Shown here in pieces: positions 19,426-29,221 of a stretch of 64,000 bases of DNA. How positions within the stretch are numbered: the stretch's first letter is position 1; every line of letters starts with the position of its first letter. The notes beneath the pieces are model-generated. The model had not been told where the DNA came from, ran no database searches, and saw nothing but the letters and a program-made list of their open reading frames with translations. A program made the translations under genes and the position numbers. This DNA comes from Alphaproteobacteria bacterium (GTDB lineage Bacteria; Pseudomonadota; Alphaproteobacteria; SHVR01). The stretch covers positions 216 through 64,215 of the forward strand of contig SHVR01000011.1 of assembly GCA_009694185.1 (NCBI GenBank), written 5' to 3'.

Positions 19426-20307
19426 GGCTCTGGCGACACACACCATGCCCGCCAAGCCATCCCAGCCGGACGTATGGCCGATCGCATCGAGGGCGGCTAG
19501 AGCGACCTCCAGGTCGGGTGTACCCGGCGTCACCAGCGTGGCCAGCATGTCGTGCAGCGCCGCCGCCCCTTCACCCTGGGTGGCGGCTTGGAGAAAGGCG
19601 AGACTGATACGGCCCGTTCCATGGGCCGCGAGCGGCAGCAACCAATCGGCGACATCGTCCGCGGCCCGTGGGTGGCCCAACGCCCGAAGCGCGATCAGGG
19701 CGCCCGCCAGCGCATCGTCGCCCGAAGGCGTCAGCCCGGGGCCGAGCCCGATCAGCCCGGCGGCCGCGGCATCGACGGCGAACGCCAGGCCCGTAAGCTG
19801 CCGGGTGATGGCAAGCGAGAGCGCAGCGAGGCCGACCCGCGCGGCGCGGCGGCAAGCCGCGTCGAACCCCCGCTTGCCGGCAAGCGGCCGGGCAACCCAG
19901 AATCCCAGGCCCTCGGCCGGCGCGGCACCGGCCGCGCGGCCGGCGAGTGCGGCGAGGCCCGCCGCTAAATCGCCTCGCGACCAGGCTGGCAACGTGGTGG
20001 GCCGCCAGGGCAGGGCGTTGGCGAGGTCGATCGGAGCGGCGCCGGCGATCAGGAGCCGATCGCCGGCCACACGATAGGCTGCGCCCGGCCCGATGTCCTG
20101 GCGATCCCAGGGCGGACATGCATCGACGAGAATGTTGAGCGGCCCATGCCCGAGCGCCGCCGGACCGATGCACGCCAGCCCGCCATTGCCGGCGGCCAGA
20201 TAAAGGCTGCGCTCGAAGACGGCGAGGACGCTGCCGCCGCCGGCCCCGGCGAGCGCGTGCCGGGCGGCGGTGCCGATGGCGAGGGCGTTGAGAGGGGTGA
20301 CCGTCAC
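19408..20307 (-). CDS. ylbF: DUF2877 (YlbF/AllH-like) protein
   Basis: LIGLGPGLTPSGDD and IGHTSGWD signature motifs; start uncertain. Confidence 0.8.
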   Translation of the reverse strand: MTVTPLNALAIGTAARHALAGAGGGSVLAVFERSLYLAAGNGGLACIGPAALGHGPLNILVDACPPWDRQDIGPGAAYRVAGDRLLIAGAAPIDLANALPWRPTTLPAWSRGDLAAGLAALAGRAAGAAPAEGLGFWVARPLAGKRGFDAACRRAARVGLAALSLAITRQLTGLAFAVDAAAAGLIGLGPGLTPSGDDALAGALIALRALGHPRAADDVADWLLPLAAHGTGRISLAFLQAATQGEGAAALHDMLATLVTPGTPDLEVALAALDAIGHTSGWDGLAGMVCVARALCGTA

Positions 20308-20386
20308 GCGATGCAGTCCATTGCCATTGCCGGAACAGGCACCTAGCATGCCCGATGCAACAACCGAAATCCCGGGAGGAGAAGCG

Positions 20387-20944
20387 ATGAGCCGAATGGC
20401 CGTCAAGCGCGCCGGCAAGACCGAACCCAAACCGGACGGGCAGCCATGGGCGCACGATCTTTACGACTATTTGCGCAGCCAGAACGTCACCCAGTTCTCC
20501 TATGTGCCGGATGCGGGCCATCGGGTGATGATCGACCGGTCGCTGGCCGATCCCGACGCCTATTCGGTGCCGTTGGCGACCGAAGAAGAAGGTGTAGCAC
20601 TCGCGGCCGGCGCCTGGCTTGGCGGTGGACGCAGCGTCGTCATGATGCAGTCGAGCGGGGTCGGCAATTGCATCAATTTCCTATCGCTCGTCAAGGGTGG
20701 CCGGTTCCCCTTCCTGATGTTCATCTCCATGCGCGGCGATTTCGGCGAAGGCAATCCGTGGCAGATGCCCATGGGCCAGGCCGTCGAGCCGATTCTTGCA
20801 GCCATGGGCGTGCTGTGTGTGCGCATCGACCGGCCGGAAGATGTGCTGCCGACGGCCAGCGCCGCCTTGACCATGGCCTATCAATCGGGCCAGGCGGTCG
20901 CCGTGCTGCTGACCCAGAAGCTCCTCGGCGCCAAGCAATTCTAA
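20387..20944 (+). CDS. Sulfopyruvate/phosphonopyruvate decarboxylase alpha-like subunit (ThDP PYR domain)
   Basis: YVPDAGH, TEEEGV, MQSSGVGNCIN and RG..GE.NPWQ motifs; SD GGAGGAG. Confidence 0.8.
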   Translation: MSRMAVKRAGKTEPKPDGQPWAHDLYDYLRSQNVTQFSYVPDAGHRVMIDRSLADPDAYSVPLATEEEGVALAAGAWLGGGRSVVMMQSSGVGNCINFLSLVKGGRFPFLMFISMRGDFGEGNPWQMPMGQAVEPILAAMGVLCVRIDRPEDVLPTASAALTMAYQSGQAVAVLLTQKLLGAKQF

Positions 20945-20958
20945 GGAGGGCCGGAACC

Positions 20959-21579
20959 ATGGCACGCAAGACCGACGCACATGAGAAGCCGCCCCCGAGC
21001 AAAGACTTCACTCTCGATAGGCGGAAAGCGTTCCCGGCCCTGATCGGCGATCCGTCGGACGTCCTCTTCATCGCCGGCCTCGCCGGCACGGCCAAGGACG
21101 TGGCCGATATTTGCGGCAAGCGGAACAATTATTTTGCGCTCGCGGGCGTCATGGGTGGGGCCGTTTCCATGGGGCTCGGCCTGGCGCTTGCCCAGCCCAA
21201 GCGCCGCGTCATCGTGGCGACCGGCGACGGCGAACTCATCATGAATGTGGGCTCGCTCGCCGTTTGCGGCGTGATGAACCCGCCCAACCTCGCCATCGTC
21301 TGCGTCGACAACGGCCATTATGGCGAGACCGGCTATCAGAAGAGCCACACCAGCCAGGGCGTCGATCTGGAGCAGATCGCCATGGGCTCCGGCATCCGCA
21401 TCACCCGCACCGTGAACAACGAGGGCCAGATCGTCGAAGCGGCGCGCCTCCTGCGTCAGTCGAACGGCGTGTCGTTCATCCTCTTGCGCGTGGCGCCGAC
21501 GCCGCCGCCCTCGCTCAAGCGCGATCTCGACGCGGGCCGCGCCAAGGACGCTTTCCGCACTTCATTGCTGGGGGCGTGA
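20959..21579 (+). CDS. Sulfopyruvate/phosphonopyruvate decarboxylase beta-like subunit (ThDP-binding domain)
   Basis: MGGAVSMGLG and GDG-E...DNGHYGETG ThDP motif. Confidence 0.8.
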   Translation: MARKTDAHEKPPPSKDFTLDRRKAFPALIGDPSDVLFIAGLAGTAKDVADICGKRNNYFALAGVMGGAVSMGLGLALAQPKRRVIVATGDGELIMNVGSLAVCGVMNPPNLAIVCVDNGHYGETGYQKSHTSQGVDLEQIAMGSGIRITRTVNNEGQIVEAARLLRQSNGVSFILLRVAPTPPPSLKRDLDAGRAKDAFRTSLLGA

Positions 21580-21587
21580 CGGCTGCC

Positions 21588-23087
21588 ATGACCGAGACCG
21601 TTTATGACGTGGTGGTGGTGGGCGCCGGCAACGCGGCGCTCGCGGCGGCACTCGCCTCGCACGAGTTGGGCGCCAAGGTGCTGGTGCTGGAGAAGGCATC
21701 GGAAGCGGAGAAGGGTGGCAATTCATACTTCACCGCCGGCGGCTTCCGCTTCGCCCATGAGGGCCTGGCCGACGTCTCCCGGGACATATTGGTGGACCTC
21801 TCGCCCGAGGAGCGGGCGAAGATCATCTTGCCACCGCATGGCCGCCAGCATTTCTACGACGAGCTGATGAAGGTCACCCATCACCAGTCCGACGAGGACA
21901 TGGCCTGGATGCTGATCGACCATTCCAGGCCGACCATGGGCTGGCTGCGCACCCATGGCGTCCGCTTTATCCCCATGTATGGCCGCCAGTCCTATCTGGT
22001 CGACGGCATGCATCATTTCTACGGCGGCGTGAACATCGAGGCGGTCGGCGGCGGCGCCGGGCTGGTGGAGGCGCTGATTGCCCGCGCCAGCCAGGTTGGC
22101 ATCGAGATTCGCTACGATACCGGCGCCCACCGCCTATTGCAGAACCGGCGGGGCGCCGTCACCGGCCTCGAGATACGCACTCCCGAAGGCCATGGCGAAA
22201 TCCAGGCGAAGACCGTGGTGCTCGCCTGCGGCGGCTTCGAGAGCAACCCCGAAATGCGCGTGCGCTATCTGGGCCAGGGCTGGGACCTCTGCCGGGTGCG
22301 CGGTACGCGGCACAATACGGGCGACGGCATCCGCATGGCGCTCGACATCGGCGCGCTTGCCTTCGGCAACTGGTCGGGCTGCCATTCCGTCGGCTGGGAC
22401 ATCAGCGCGCCGCCCTTCGGCGACCGTACCGTGCTCGACAATTTCCAGAAGCACTCCTACCCGCTTGGCATCATGGTCAACATCGAGGGCGAGCGCTTCG
22501 TCGACGAGGGCGAGGATTATCGCAACCTCACCTATGTGAAGTTCGGGCGCGCCATCATGGGCCAGCCGCGGCGGACGGCGATCCAGATCTTCGACCAGAA
22601 GACCATCGCCATGCTGCGCGGCGAATACCGCATCCGCCAGGTGACAAAGGTGGAAGCCGGCACCATCGAAGCCTTGGCCGAGGGCCTTGGCCTCAACCCC
22701 CAGGCGCTCGCTCGGACGGTCGCCGCGTACAACGCCGCTTGTCAGCCGGGCCAGTACAATCCGGCGATCCTGGACGGGGTCTCGACCAAGGGCATCACGC
22801 CATCCAAGAGCAATTGGGCGTTGCCCATCGACCGGCCGCCCTACCAGGCGTTCGTGACGACGACCGGCATCACCTTCACCTTCGGGGGGCTGCGCATCAA
22901 CCAGCAGAGCGAAGTGCAGGACACGACCGAGCGCAGCATTCCCGGCCTCTACGCGGCGGGCGAGCTGGTGGGTGGTCTCTTCTACGAGAATTATCCCGGC
23001 GGCAGCGGCCTCATGGCCGGCGCCGTGTTCGGCCGGCTCGGCGGCCAGCAAGCCGCGCGCTACGCGCTCGGGCGCCGGAATATCTGA
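21588..23087 (+). CDS. tcuA: FAD-dependent tricarballylate dehydrogenase TcuA-like flavoprotein
   Basis: VVGAGNAA, GGNSYFT, ACGGFESN, ITFTFGGL, and LYAAGE...YPGGSGL motifs; substrate unproven. Confidence 0.7.
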   Translation: MTETVYDVVVVGAGNAALAAALASHELGAKVLVLEKASEAEKGGNSYFTAGGFRFAHEGLADVSRDILVDLSPEERAKIILPPHGRQHFYDELMKVTHHQSDEDMAWMLIDHSRPTMGWLRTHGVRFIPMYGRQSYLVDGMHHFYGGVNIEAVGGGAGLVEALIARASQVGIEIRYDTGAHRLLQNRRGAVTGLEIRTPEGHGEIQAKTVVLACGGFESNPEMRVRYLGQGWDLCRVRGTRHNTGDGIRMALDIGALAFGNWSGCHSVGWDISAPPFGDRTVLDNFQKHSYPLGIMVNIEGERFVDEGEDYRNLTYVKFGRAIMGQPRRTAIQIFDQKTIAMLRGEYRIRQVTKVEAGTIEALAEGLGLNPQALARTVAAYNAACQPGQYNPAILDGVSTKGITPSKSNWALPIDRPPYQAFVTTTGITFTFGGLRINQQSEVQDTTERSIPGLYAAGELVGGLFYENYPGGSGLMAGAVFGRLGGQQAARYALGRRNI

Positions 23088-23094
23088 CCGCGCG

Positions 23095-23124
23095 GGCGCC
23101 GCCGGCCCTAGGGCCGGCGGCGCC
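23095..23124. terminator. 30-bp perfect palindrome between convergent genes (possible bidirectional terminator)
   Basis: GGCGCCGCCGGCCCT|AGGGCCGGCGGCGCC; no U-tract on either side. Confidence 0.5.
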
Positions 23125-23129
23125 TATCC

Positions 23130-24344
23130 TCAGCCCAGAATGTCGCCGAACGGCACCCACTTCTCGCCATCGAAACGGATGAGCTGCATCTGCTCGATGG
23201 GCGCGAAATCGTTTGGCCCCGTGTTGAGCAGAATGCCCTCCACCATCATTGGCAATTTCAGGTTCTTGATGCTCGCCGCCTGCTTGATCAGGTTTTCGCG
23301 CGTCAGATCGTCGCCGCACTGGCGCAGCACATGCTCCAGGGTCTTGGCACTCAGATAGGCATAGACGTTGAACGGCTCGTTCAGCGCGCCGTCCGGATAA
23401 TACTTCTTCATGAAGGCGAGCCATTCCTTGAAGTCCGGATGGTTCTGAATCTCCGGCTCGGTCGGGTCGATGTAATAGCGGCTGGAGATGATGCCTTTCG
23501 ACTTTTCGAGGCCGGCCGGCTGGAGGACCGAGCCGATCGAGTTGGAGACATTGTTCAGGAATTGGGTTGGCTTCCAGTCGATATCATAGGCCTTGCGAAC
23601 CGCTTGCGCCGCGAACTTCGGAATGGTGATGTTGAAGAAGGTATCGGCGCCGCTGCCCTTGAGGCTGATGATCTGGGAATCGACGGTCGCGTCGGTCACC
23701 TCGTAGGACACCTGCGCCACGACATATTGCTTCACCTTGTCGCCGAAGCCCGCCAGAAAGCCATGCAGATAGTCCTTGCCATAGTCATCGTTCTGATAGA
23801 GCACGCCGACCTTGGCGTTGGGATGGTTGCGCATGATGTAGCTGGCATAGATCGCCGCTTCGGTCTGATAATTGGGCTGCCAGCCGATGGTCCAGGGATG
23901 GTTCTTGGGGTCGTTCCATTTGGTGGCGCCGGTGGCAAGAAAGAGATGCGGCACCTTCTTGCCGTTGATGTATTTGTGGAAGGCGGTGTTGGTCGGCGTG
24001 CCTAGCGTCGCAAAGACGGCCAGCACCTGGTCCTGCTCGACGAGGCGGCGGACCTGCTCGACGGTCTTCGGCGGCGAGTAGCCGTCATCGAGCGTGATGA
24101 AGTTGACCTTGCGGCCGTTGATGCCGCCCTTTTCCTTGTTGAGCATCTCGAAATAGGCGGCCTGGGTCTTGCCGATCGTGCCGTAGGACGAAGCCGGGCC
24201 GCTATAGGGATTGGTGTTGCCGATCTTGATCTCGGTGTCGCTGGCGCCTGGCCCATATTTCTTTTGCGCGAGCGCCGGGTTGGCCCCGAGCGCGAGGCCC
24301 AGGACGGCGCCGAGCGCCAGCGAGGTTCGTCTGGTCAGCATCAT
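23130..24344 (-). CDS. livK: Branched-chain amino acid-type ABC substrate-binding protein
   Basis: Tat-like TRR leader; YSGPASSYG, DDGYSPPKT, YQNDDYG motifs. Confidence 0.88.
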   Translation of the reverse strand: MMLTRRTSLALGAVLGLALGANPALAQKKYGPGASDTEIKIGNTNPYSGPASSYGTIGKTQAAYFEMLNKEKGGINGRKVNFITLDDGYSPPKTVEQVRRLVEQDQVLAVFATLGTPTNTAFHKYINGKKVPHLFLATGATKWNDPKNHPWTIGWQPNYQTEAAIYASYIMRNHPNAKVGVLYQNDDYGKDYLHGFLAGFGDKVKQYVVAQVSYEVTDATVDSQIISLKGSGADTFFNITIPKFAAQAVRKAYDIDWKPTQFLNNVSNSIGSVLQPAGLEKSKGIISSRYYIDPTEPEIQNHPDFKEWLAFMKKYYPDGALNEPFNVYAYLSAKTLEHVLRQCGDDLTRENLIKQAASIKNLKLPMMVEGILLNTGPNDFAPIEQMQLIRFDGEKWVPFGDILG

Positions 24345-24370
24345 GATTTCCTCCCGTTTCACCTATGCGA

Positions 24371-25348
24371 TCACCGGCCGTATCGGCGCCGCAGCCACGC
24401 CCATCCACCGCCCAGCGCGCCGGCGACGCCACTCGGCATAAGATACATGAAACCGATCAGGAAGATGCCGTAGATCGCCCAGGGCGCGGCCTTGGAGATA
24501 CTGTCGGCGACGTTAGGCACGAACTGGATGAAGAGGCCGCCGAACACCGCGCCGCTCAACGACGCGAGACCGCCGACGACGATGCCAACCAGCAGGCTGA
24601 TCGAGAGAAAAATGGTGAAGCTGTCGGGTGCGACGAATTGAACGACGATAGCGCCAAGCGCGCCCGCGATGCCGGTGTAGAGCGCGCTCACGCCGAAAGT
24701 CAGTGTCTTGTAGAGGGCCACGTTGATGCCCATGGTCGAGGCGGCAATGGGATGGTCGCGTATGGCGACGATAGCGCGGCCGGTACGGCCACGCAGCAGG
24801 TTCCAGGCTATGACGAACATCCCCACCAGCACCGCCAAGGTGAAGTAGTAGAGCCATTGATCTTGGCTGACCGGCAGCCCGGCGGGTGGGTCGGGCTTGA
24901 AGATGACGATGCCTTGCACGCCGCCCGTCCACTGTTCCAGATGCTTGTATTTGAGAATCTGGGGCGCGGCGACGGCGAGCGCGAACGTGGCGAGCGCCAG
25001 ATACAGCCCCTCGAGCCGGAGCGCCGGCATGCCGAACAAAAAGCCGACACCAAAGCAGAGCACACCGGCGACGGGCAGTGTTGCCCAGTAAGGCACCCCG
25101 TAGCGATCCATCAGGATCGCCGCCGTATAGGCACCGACGGCGTAGAAGGCGCCGTGGCCCAGCGAGATCTGTCCATTATAGCCGGTCAGCATATTGAGGC
25201 CGATCAGCGCGATGGCATAGATCAGCGCCATGGTGAGCTGGAAGACCCGGAAATCGGTCAACAGCAGCGGCAGCACGCAGGCAAATAGGAGTGCCGCCAC
25301 GAGGCCGAGGCGCCGCCAGTGTCGTTGCTGGAGGGCGGCGGTCCTCAT
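24371..25348 (-). CDS. livM: Liv-type ABC permease (LivM)
   Basis: GYNGQISLGHGAF, LEGLYLALAT, VVGGLAS motifs. Confidence 0.88.
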   Translation of the reverse strand: MRTAALQQRHWRRLGLVAALLFACVLPLLLTDFRVFQLTMALIYAIALIGLNMLTGYNGQISLGHGAFYAVGAYTAAILMDRYGVPYWATLPVAGVLCFGVGFLFGMPALRLEGLYLALATFALAVAAPQILKYKHLEQWTGGVQGIVIFKPDPPAGLPVSQDQWLYYFTLAVLVGMFVIAWNLLRGRTGRAIVAIRDHPIAASTMGINVALYKTLTFGVSALYTGIAGALGAIVVQFVAPDSFTIFLSISLLVGIVVGGLASLSGAVFGGLFIQFVPNVADSISKAAPWAIYGIFLIGFMYLMPSGVAGALGGGWAWLRRRYGR

Positions 25349-25350
25349 TC

Positions 25351-26223
25351 CTAGACCCGGGTCACGAGCTTGTGGCCGAAGAGGCCGGTCGGTCGCACCA
25401 CCAAGACACCGACAATCAATACCAAGGCAACCGTAAGCTTCAGCTCGGTGCCGATCACATAGGCCCCGACGATATTCTCCATGACGCCGACCAGAAATCC
25501 GCCAACGACGGCGCCGCCCGGATTGTCGATCCCGCCGAGGAGCGCACCGGCAAATCCATAGAGCAAGATGCCAGCCATCATGTTGGGGTCGAGGAAGACG
25601 ATCGGCGCCACCATGATCCCGGCAACCGCGCCTATTGCGGCCGCGAGGCCCCAGCCCAAGGCGCGCATCCAGCCGACGCGAATGCCAACCAGCCGGCTCG
25701 ACGCCGGGTTCTGGGCGGCGGCGCGCATGGCAAGCCCGAGCGGGGTGAAGCGAAAGAATATGAACAGCAAGACCAGGACGACCAAGGTGACGGCGATGGC
25801 GCCGAGATCGTGCGAACCGATCAGCCGGTTGCCGAACGGCGGCTCGGCTGGGAACGGGCTCGGAAAGGTCTTGATGACATAGCTGAAGATCCAGCCAGCG
25901 ACCGAGTTGAAAATCACCAGGAGGCCGACGAATACGATGACCGCGGCCAACACGTCGGCATCGTCGAACGGGCGGATGATCAGCCTCTCGATGACGATAC
26001 CGCCGATAAAGGCAATCGCGAGGGTCAGGAAAAACGCCGGCCAGTAGGGAAGGCCGGCGTCCATGAGCGCCCAGGCGACATAAGTCGCGAACATCGCCAT
26101 CTCGCCCTGGGCAAAGTTCACCAGATGGGTCGCCTGGTAGATCATGACGAGCGCAAGCGCCACGCTCGCATAGATCCCGCCGGTCGCAAGGCCGGAAAAT
26201 ACCTGGTGCGCGAGTTGTTCCAT
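25351..26223 (-). CDS. livH: Liv-type ABC permease (LivH)
   Basis: VNFAQGE, GLAMRAAAQN, LLGGID motifs. Confidence 0.88.
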   Translation of the reverse strand: MEQLAHQVFSGLATGGIYASVALALVMIYQATHLVNFAQGEMAMFATYVAWALMDAGLPYWPAFFLTLAIAFIGGIVIERLIIRPFDDADVLAAVIVFVGLLVIFNSVAGWIFSYVIKTFPSPFPAEPPFGNRLIGSHDLGAIAVTLVVLVLLFIFFRFTPLGLAMRAAAQNPASSRLVGIRVGWMRALGWGLAAAIGAVAGIMVAPIVFLDPNMMAGILLYGFAGALLGGIDNPGGAVVGGFLVGVMENIVGAYVIGTELKLTVALVLIVGVLVVRPTGLFGHKLVTRV

Positions 26224-26233
26224 GGTGGTCCCG

Positions 26234-26946
<713 letters not shown>

Positions 26947-26947
<1 letters not shown>

Positions 26948-27723
26948 CAGGCGTCTGTCCCCAGATAGGCGCGGATCACGTCGGGATCGCGCTGCACGTC
27001 GGCCGGCGAGCCGTCGGCGATCTTACGGCCGAAATCGAGCGCCACCACCTTGTCCGAGACGCGCATGACCAGGTTCATATGGTGCTCGACCAGGAGCACC
27101 GTCACCTTGAGCCGATCGCGAATCTCCGCAATCAAGGCGCGTAGCGCGTCGATTTCGTCGTGATTGAGGCCACCGGCGGGCTCGTCCAGTAAGAGTAATT
27201 TCGGCGCCGAGGACAGCGCGCGCGCGAGTTCGACGCGCTTACGTGTCCCAAAGGGCAAGTCCGCCACCCGCCGCTCGACGACATCCTCGAGCGAGAGGAA
27301 GGCGATCAGGTCGCGCACGCGCTCGGCCAGCGCCGCCTCTTCCCGGCCGACGGACGGCAGGTGCAAGGCATTGCCGAGGAAGCTGCTGGCGGTCTGGCTG
27401 TGGCCGCCGACCATGACGTTCTCCAGCACGGTCATGGTCTGGAATAGGGCCAAATTCTGAAACGTGCGGCCGATGCCCATGGTTGCTATCGCATGTCGGG
27501 AAGACCCCAAGATCGAGTGGCCCTGGAACCGGATGTCACCGGTGTCGCAGCGGTACAGCCGGCTCAAGCAGTTGAACAACGTGGTCTTGCCGGCGCCGTT
27601 CGGGCCGATCAGGCCGCAGATCTGGCCTTCCTGGACCTCGAACGATACTGTCTCCAGGGCGACGATACCGCCGAAGCGAACCGAAACGCCGTCAACCGCC
27701 AAGAACGGGGCCGCTGCCGTCAT
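26947..27723 (-). CDS. livG: Liv-type ABC ATPase (LivG)
   Basis: GPNGAGKTT, RTFQN, LLDEPAGGL, VIRAYLG. Confidence 0.9.
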
Positions 27724-27877
27724 TCGGCGGAGCCGCGGCCGGTCGCGCACCCTGTCGTCAATTCACATCCCTCCCCCAATCCGCCCCGCGCCGGGTAACC
27801 CCGGTCATCGTTGAAGATTAGTCGGATTTGGCTCCCCGAGGCAATTGCGACCGGCAGTGGAACCCGAGTCCGATTGG

Positions 27878-27922
27878 ATATTTGAAACACTTGTATCTTT
27901 TATGATAATATTTGATACACTT
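27878..27922. promoter_or_regulatory. AT-rich operator/promoter region between divergent genes
   Basis: Direct repeat ATATTTGA(A/T)ACACTT at 27878 and 27908; inverted pair TGTATC (27892) / GATACA (27914). Confidence 0.5.
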
Positions 27923-27980
27923 TTTCCCTGAATGGAGCGCGGCCGAGCCAAGCGAAACCCCGGGAGCGGAGGACAAATGG

Positions 27981-28421
27981 ATGCGGTGGGTAACACGCGA
28001 ACGACCGAAGATCGACCGCATCGCCTGTCCATGGCTGGTGGCACGATTCATCGACCCGGAGGCGGAATTTCTCTATGTGCCGGCGGGTGACGTGGCGCGC
28101 GTGGCGGGGGAAACCGGCGCCATTCCGTTCGACATGCCCGGCGTTGAGTTGGGCCACCATGGCGCCGAGTGCAGCTTCGATGCCTTTCTCGCCAAGTACG
28201 GAGCGACCCATCGGCTCGATGATCCGGCCTTGCACGAGATGGCGATGATCGTGCGCGGCTCCGACACGGGCCGGCCCGAACTGGCGCCGGAAGCGGCCGG
28301 CCTGCTGGCCATTTCCCAGGGCCTCTCGCTGCTCTACCCGGACGACCATGCGATGCTGCGCCAGGGCATGCTGGTCTATGACGCCCTCTATGCCTGGTTC
28401 AAGCAGACAACGGCGCGCTAA
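27981..28421 (+). CDS. Chromate resistance ChrB C-terminal-domain protein (ChrF-like)
   Basis: MRWVTRERPKIDRIACPWL...FIDPEAEF, CSFDAF and YDALYAW motifs. Confidence 0.85.
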   Translation: MRWVTRERPKIDRIACPWLVARFIDPEAEFLYVPAGDVARVAGETGAIPFDMPGVELGHHGAECSFDAFLAKYGATHRLDDPALHEMAMIVRGSDTGRPELAPEAAGLLAISQGLSLLYPDDHAMLRQGMLVYDALYAWFKQTTAR

Positions 28422-28439
28422 AGGACGGCGCGCTAAAGG
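28410..28439. repeat. 15-bp perfect tandem duplication ACGGCGCGCTAAAGG x2
   Basis: Copies at 28410-28424 and 28425-28439, spanning the stop codon. Confidence 0.85.
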
Positions 28440-28442
28440 GGA

Positions 28443-29167
28443 GTGTCCGACTTGGCCATCGATTTCGCGGTCGCGCTGCCGTTCATCCTGTTCGCGATCG
28501 CAACTTTCCTTGGCGCCGTCGTCGCCGTCGTTGCCGGGTTCGCCTTCGGCCTTGTGGCGGCCGGCATGTGGCTGCATGTGTGGACGCCACTGCAATCGGC
28601 GACCCTGGTGGTCGGCTTCGGATTTTTGATCCAAGGGCTCGCGGTCTGGCGCCTGCGCCATGCCCTCGACCTCAAGCGGCTCTGGCCGTTCGTCCTGGGC
28701 GGCGCCTTGGGCGTGCCGCTTGGCGTCGAATTGCTGCGCTGGCTGCCGGCGGCTTCCTCGTCCTCTATAGCCTGTACAGCCTGGTGCGACCGAAGCTTGC
28801 GAGCGCTGCGGCGGCCGGCCGCTGGGCCGATGGCGGCATCGGCGTCGCCAGCGGCCTCATCGGCGGCAGCACGGGCTTCAGCGGCATCCTGCCGACCATC
28901 TGGTCGGGGCTACGCGGTTGGAGCCGGGACGAGCAGCGGGCGGTCTTCCAGCCGGTCGCCGTCGCGATCCATGGTCTGGTGCTGGTCTGGGCCGGTGGCG
29001 TCGGCGCCATCGACCGCGCCACCAGCCAGCTTTTCCTGATCGGCCTGCCGGCCGCGATTCTCGGAACTTGGCTCGGGCTCAAGCTCTATGGCCGGCTCGA
29101 CGAGGCTGGCTTCCGCAAAGTGGTGCTCGGCCTGCTGCTCGTCTCGGGCATCGCACTGGTCCTGTAG
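28443..29167 (+). pseudogene. TauE/SafE sulfite-exporter family protein, frameshifted near 28750
   Basis: N-half (GFAFGLV...GVPLGVELL) in one frame, C-half (FLVLYSLY...GGSTGFSG...QRAVFQP) in another; the linker looks shortened. Confidence 0.75.
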
Positions 29168-29221
29168 CCCGGGTCCGGGTTAGACTCGCCGCAACGCCAA
29201 GAACAGCCGAAGGATGCGCCC

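Noticed and set aside
20387-21579. Phosphonate biosynthetic cluster
   Set aside because: No PEP mutase (pepM) in the window
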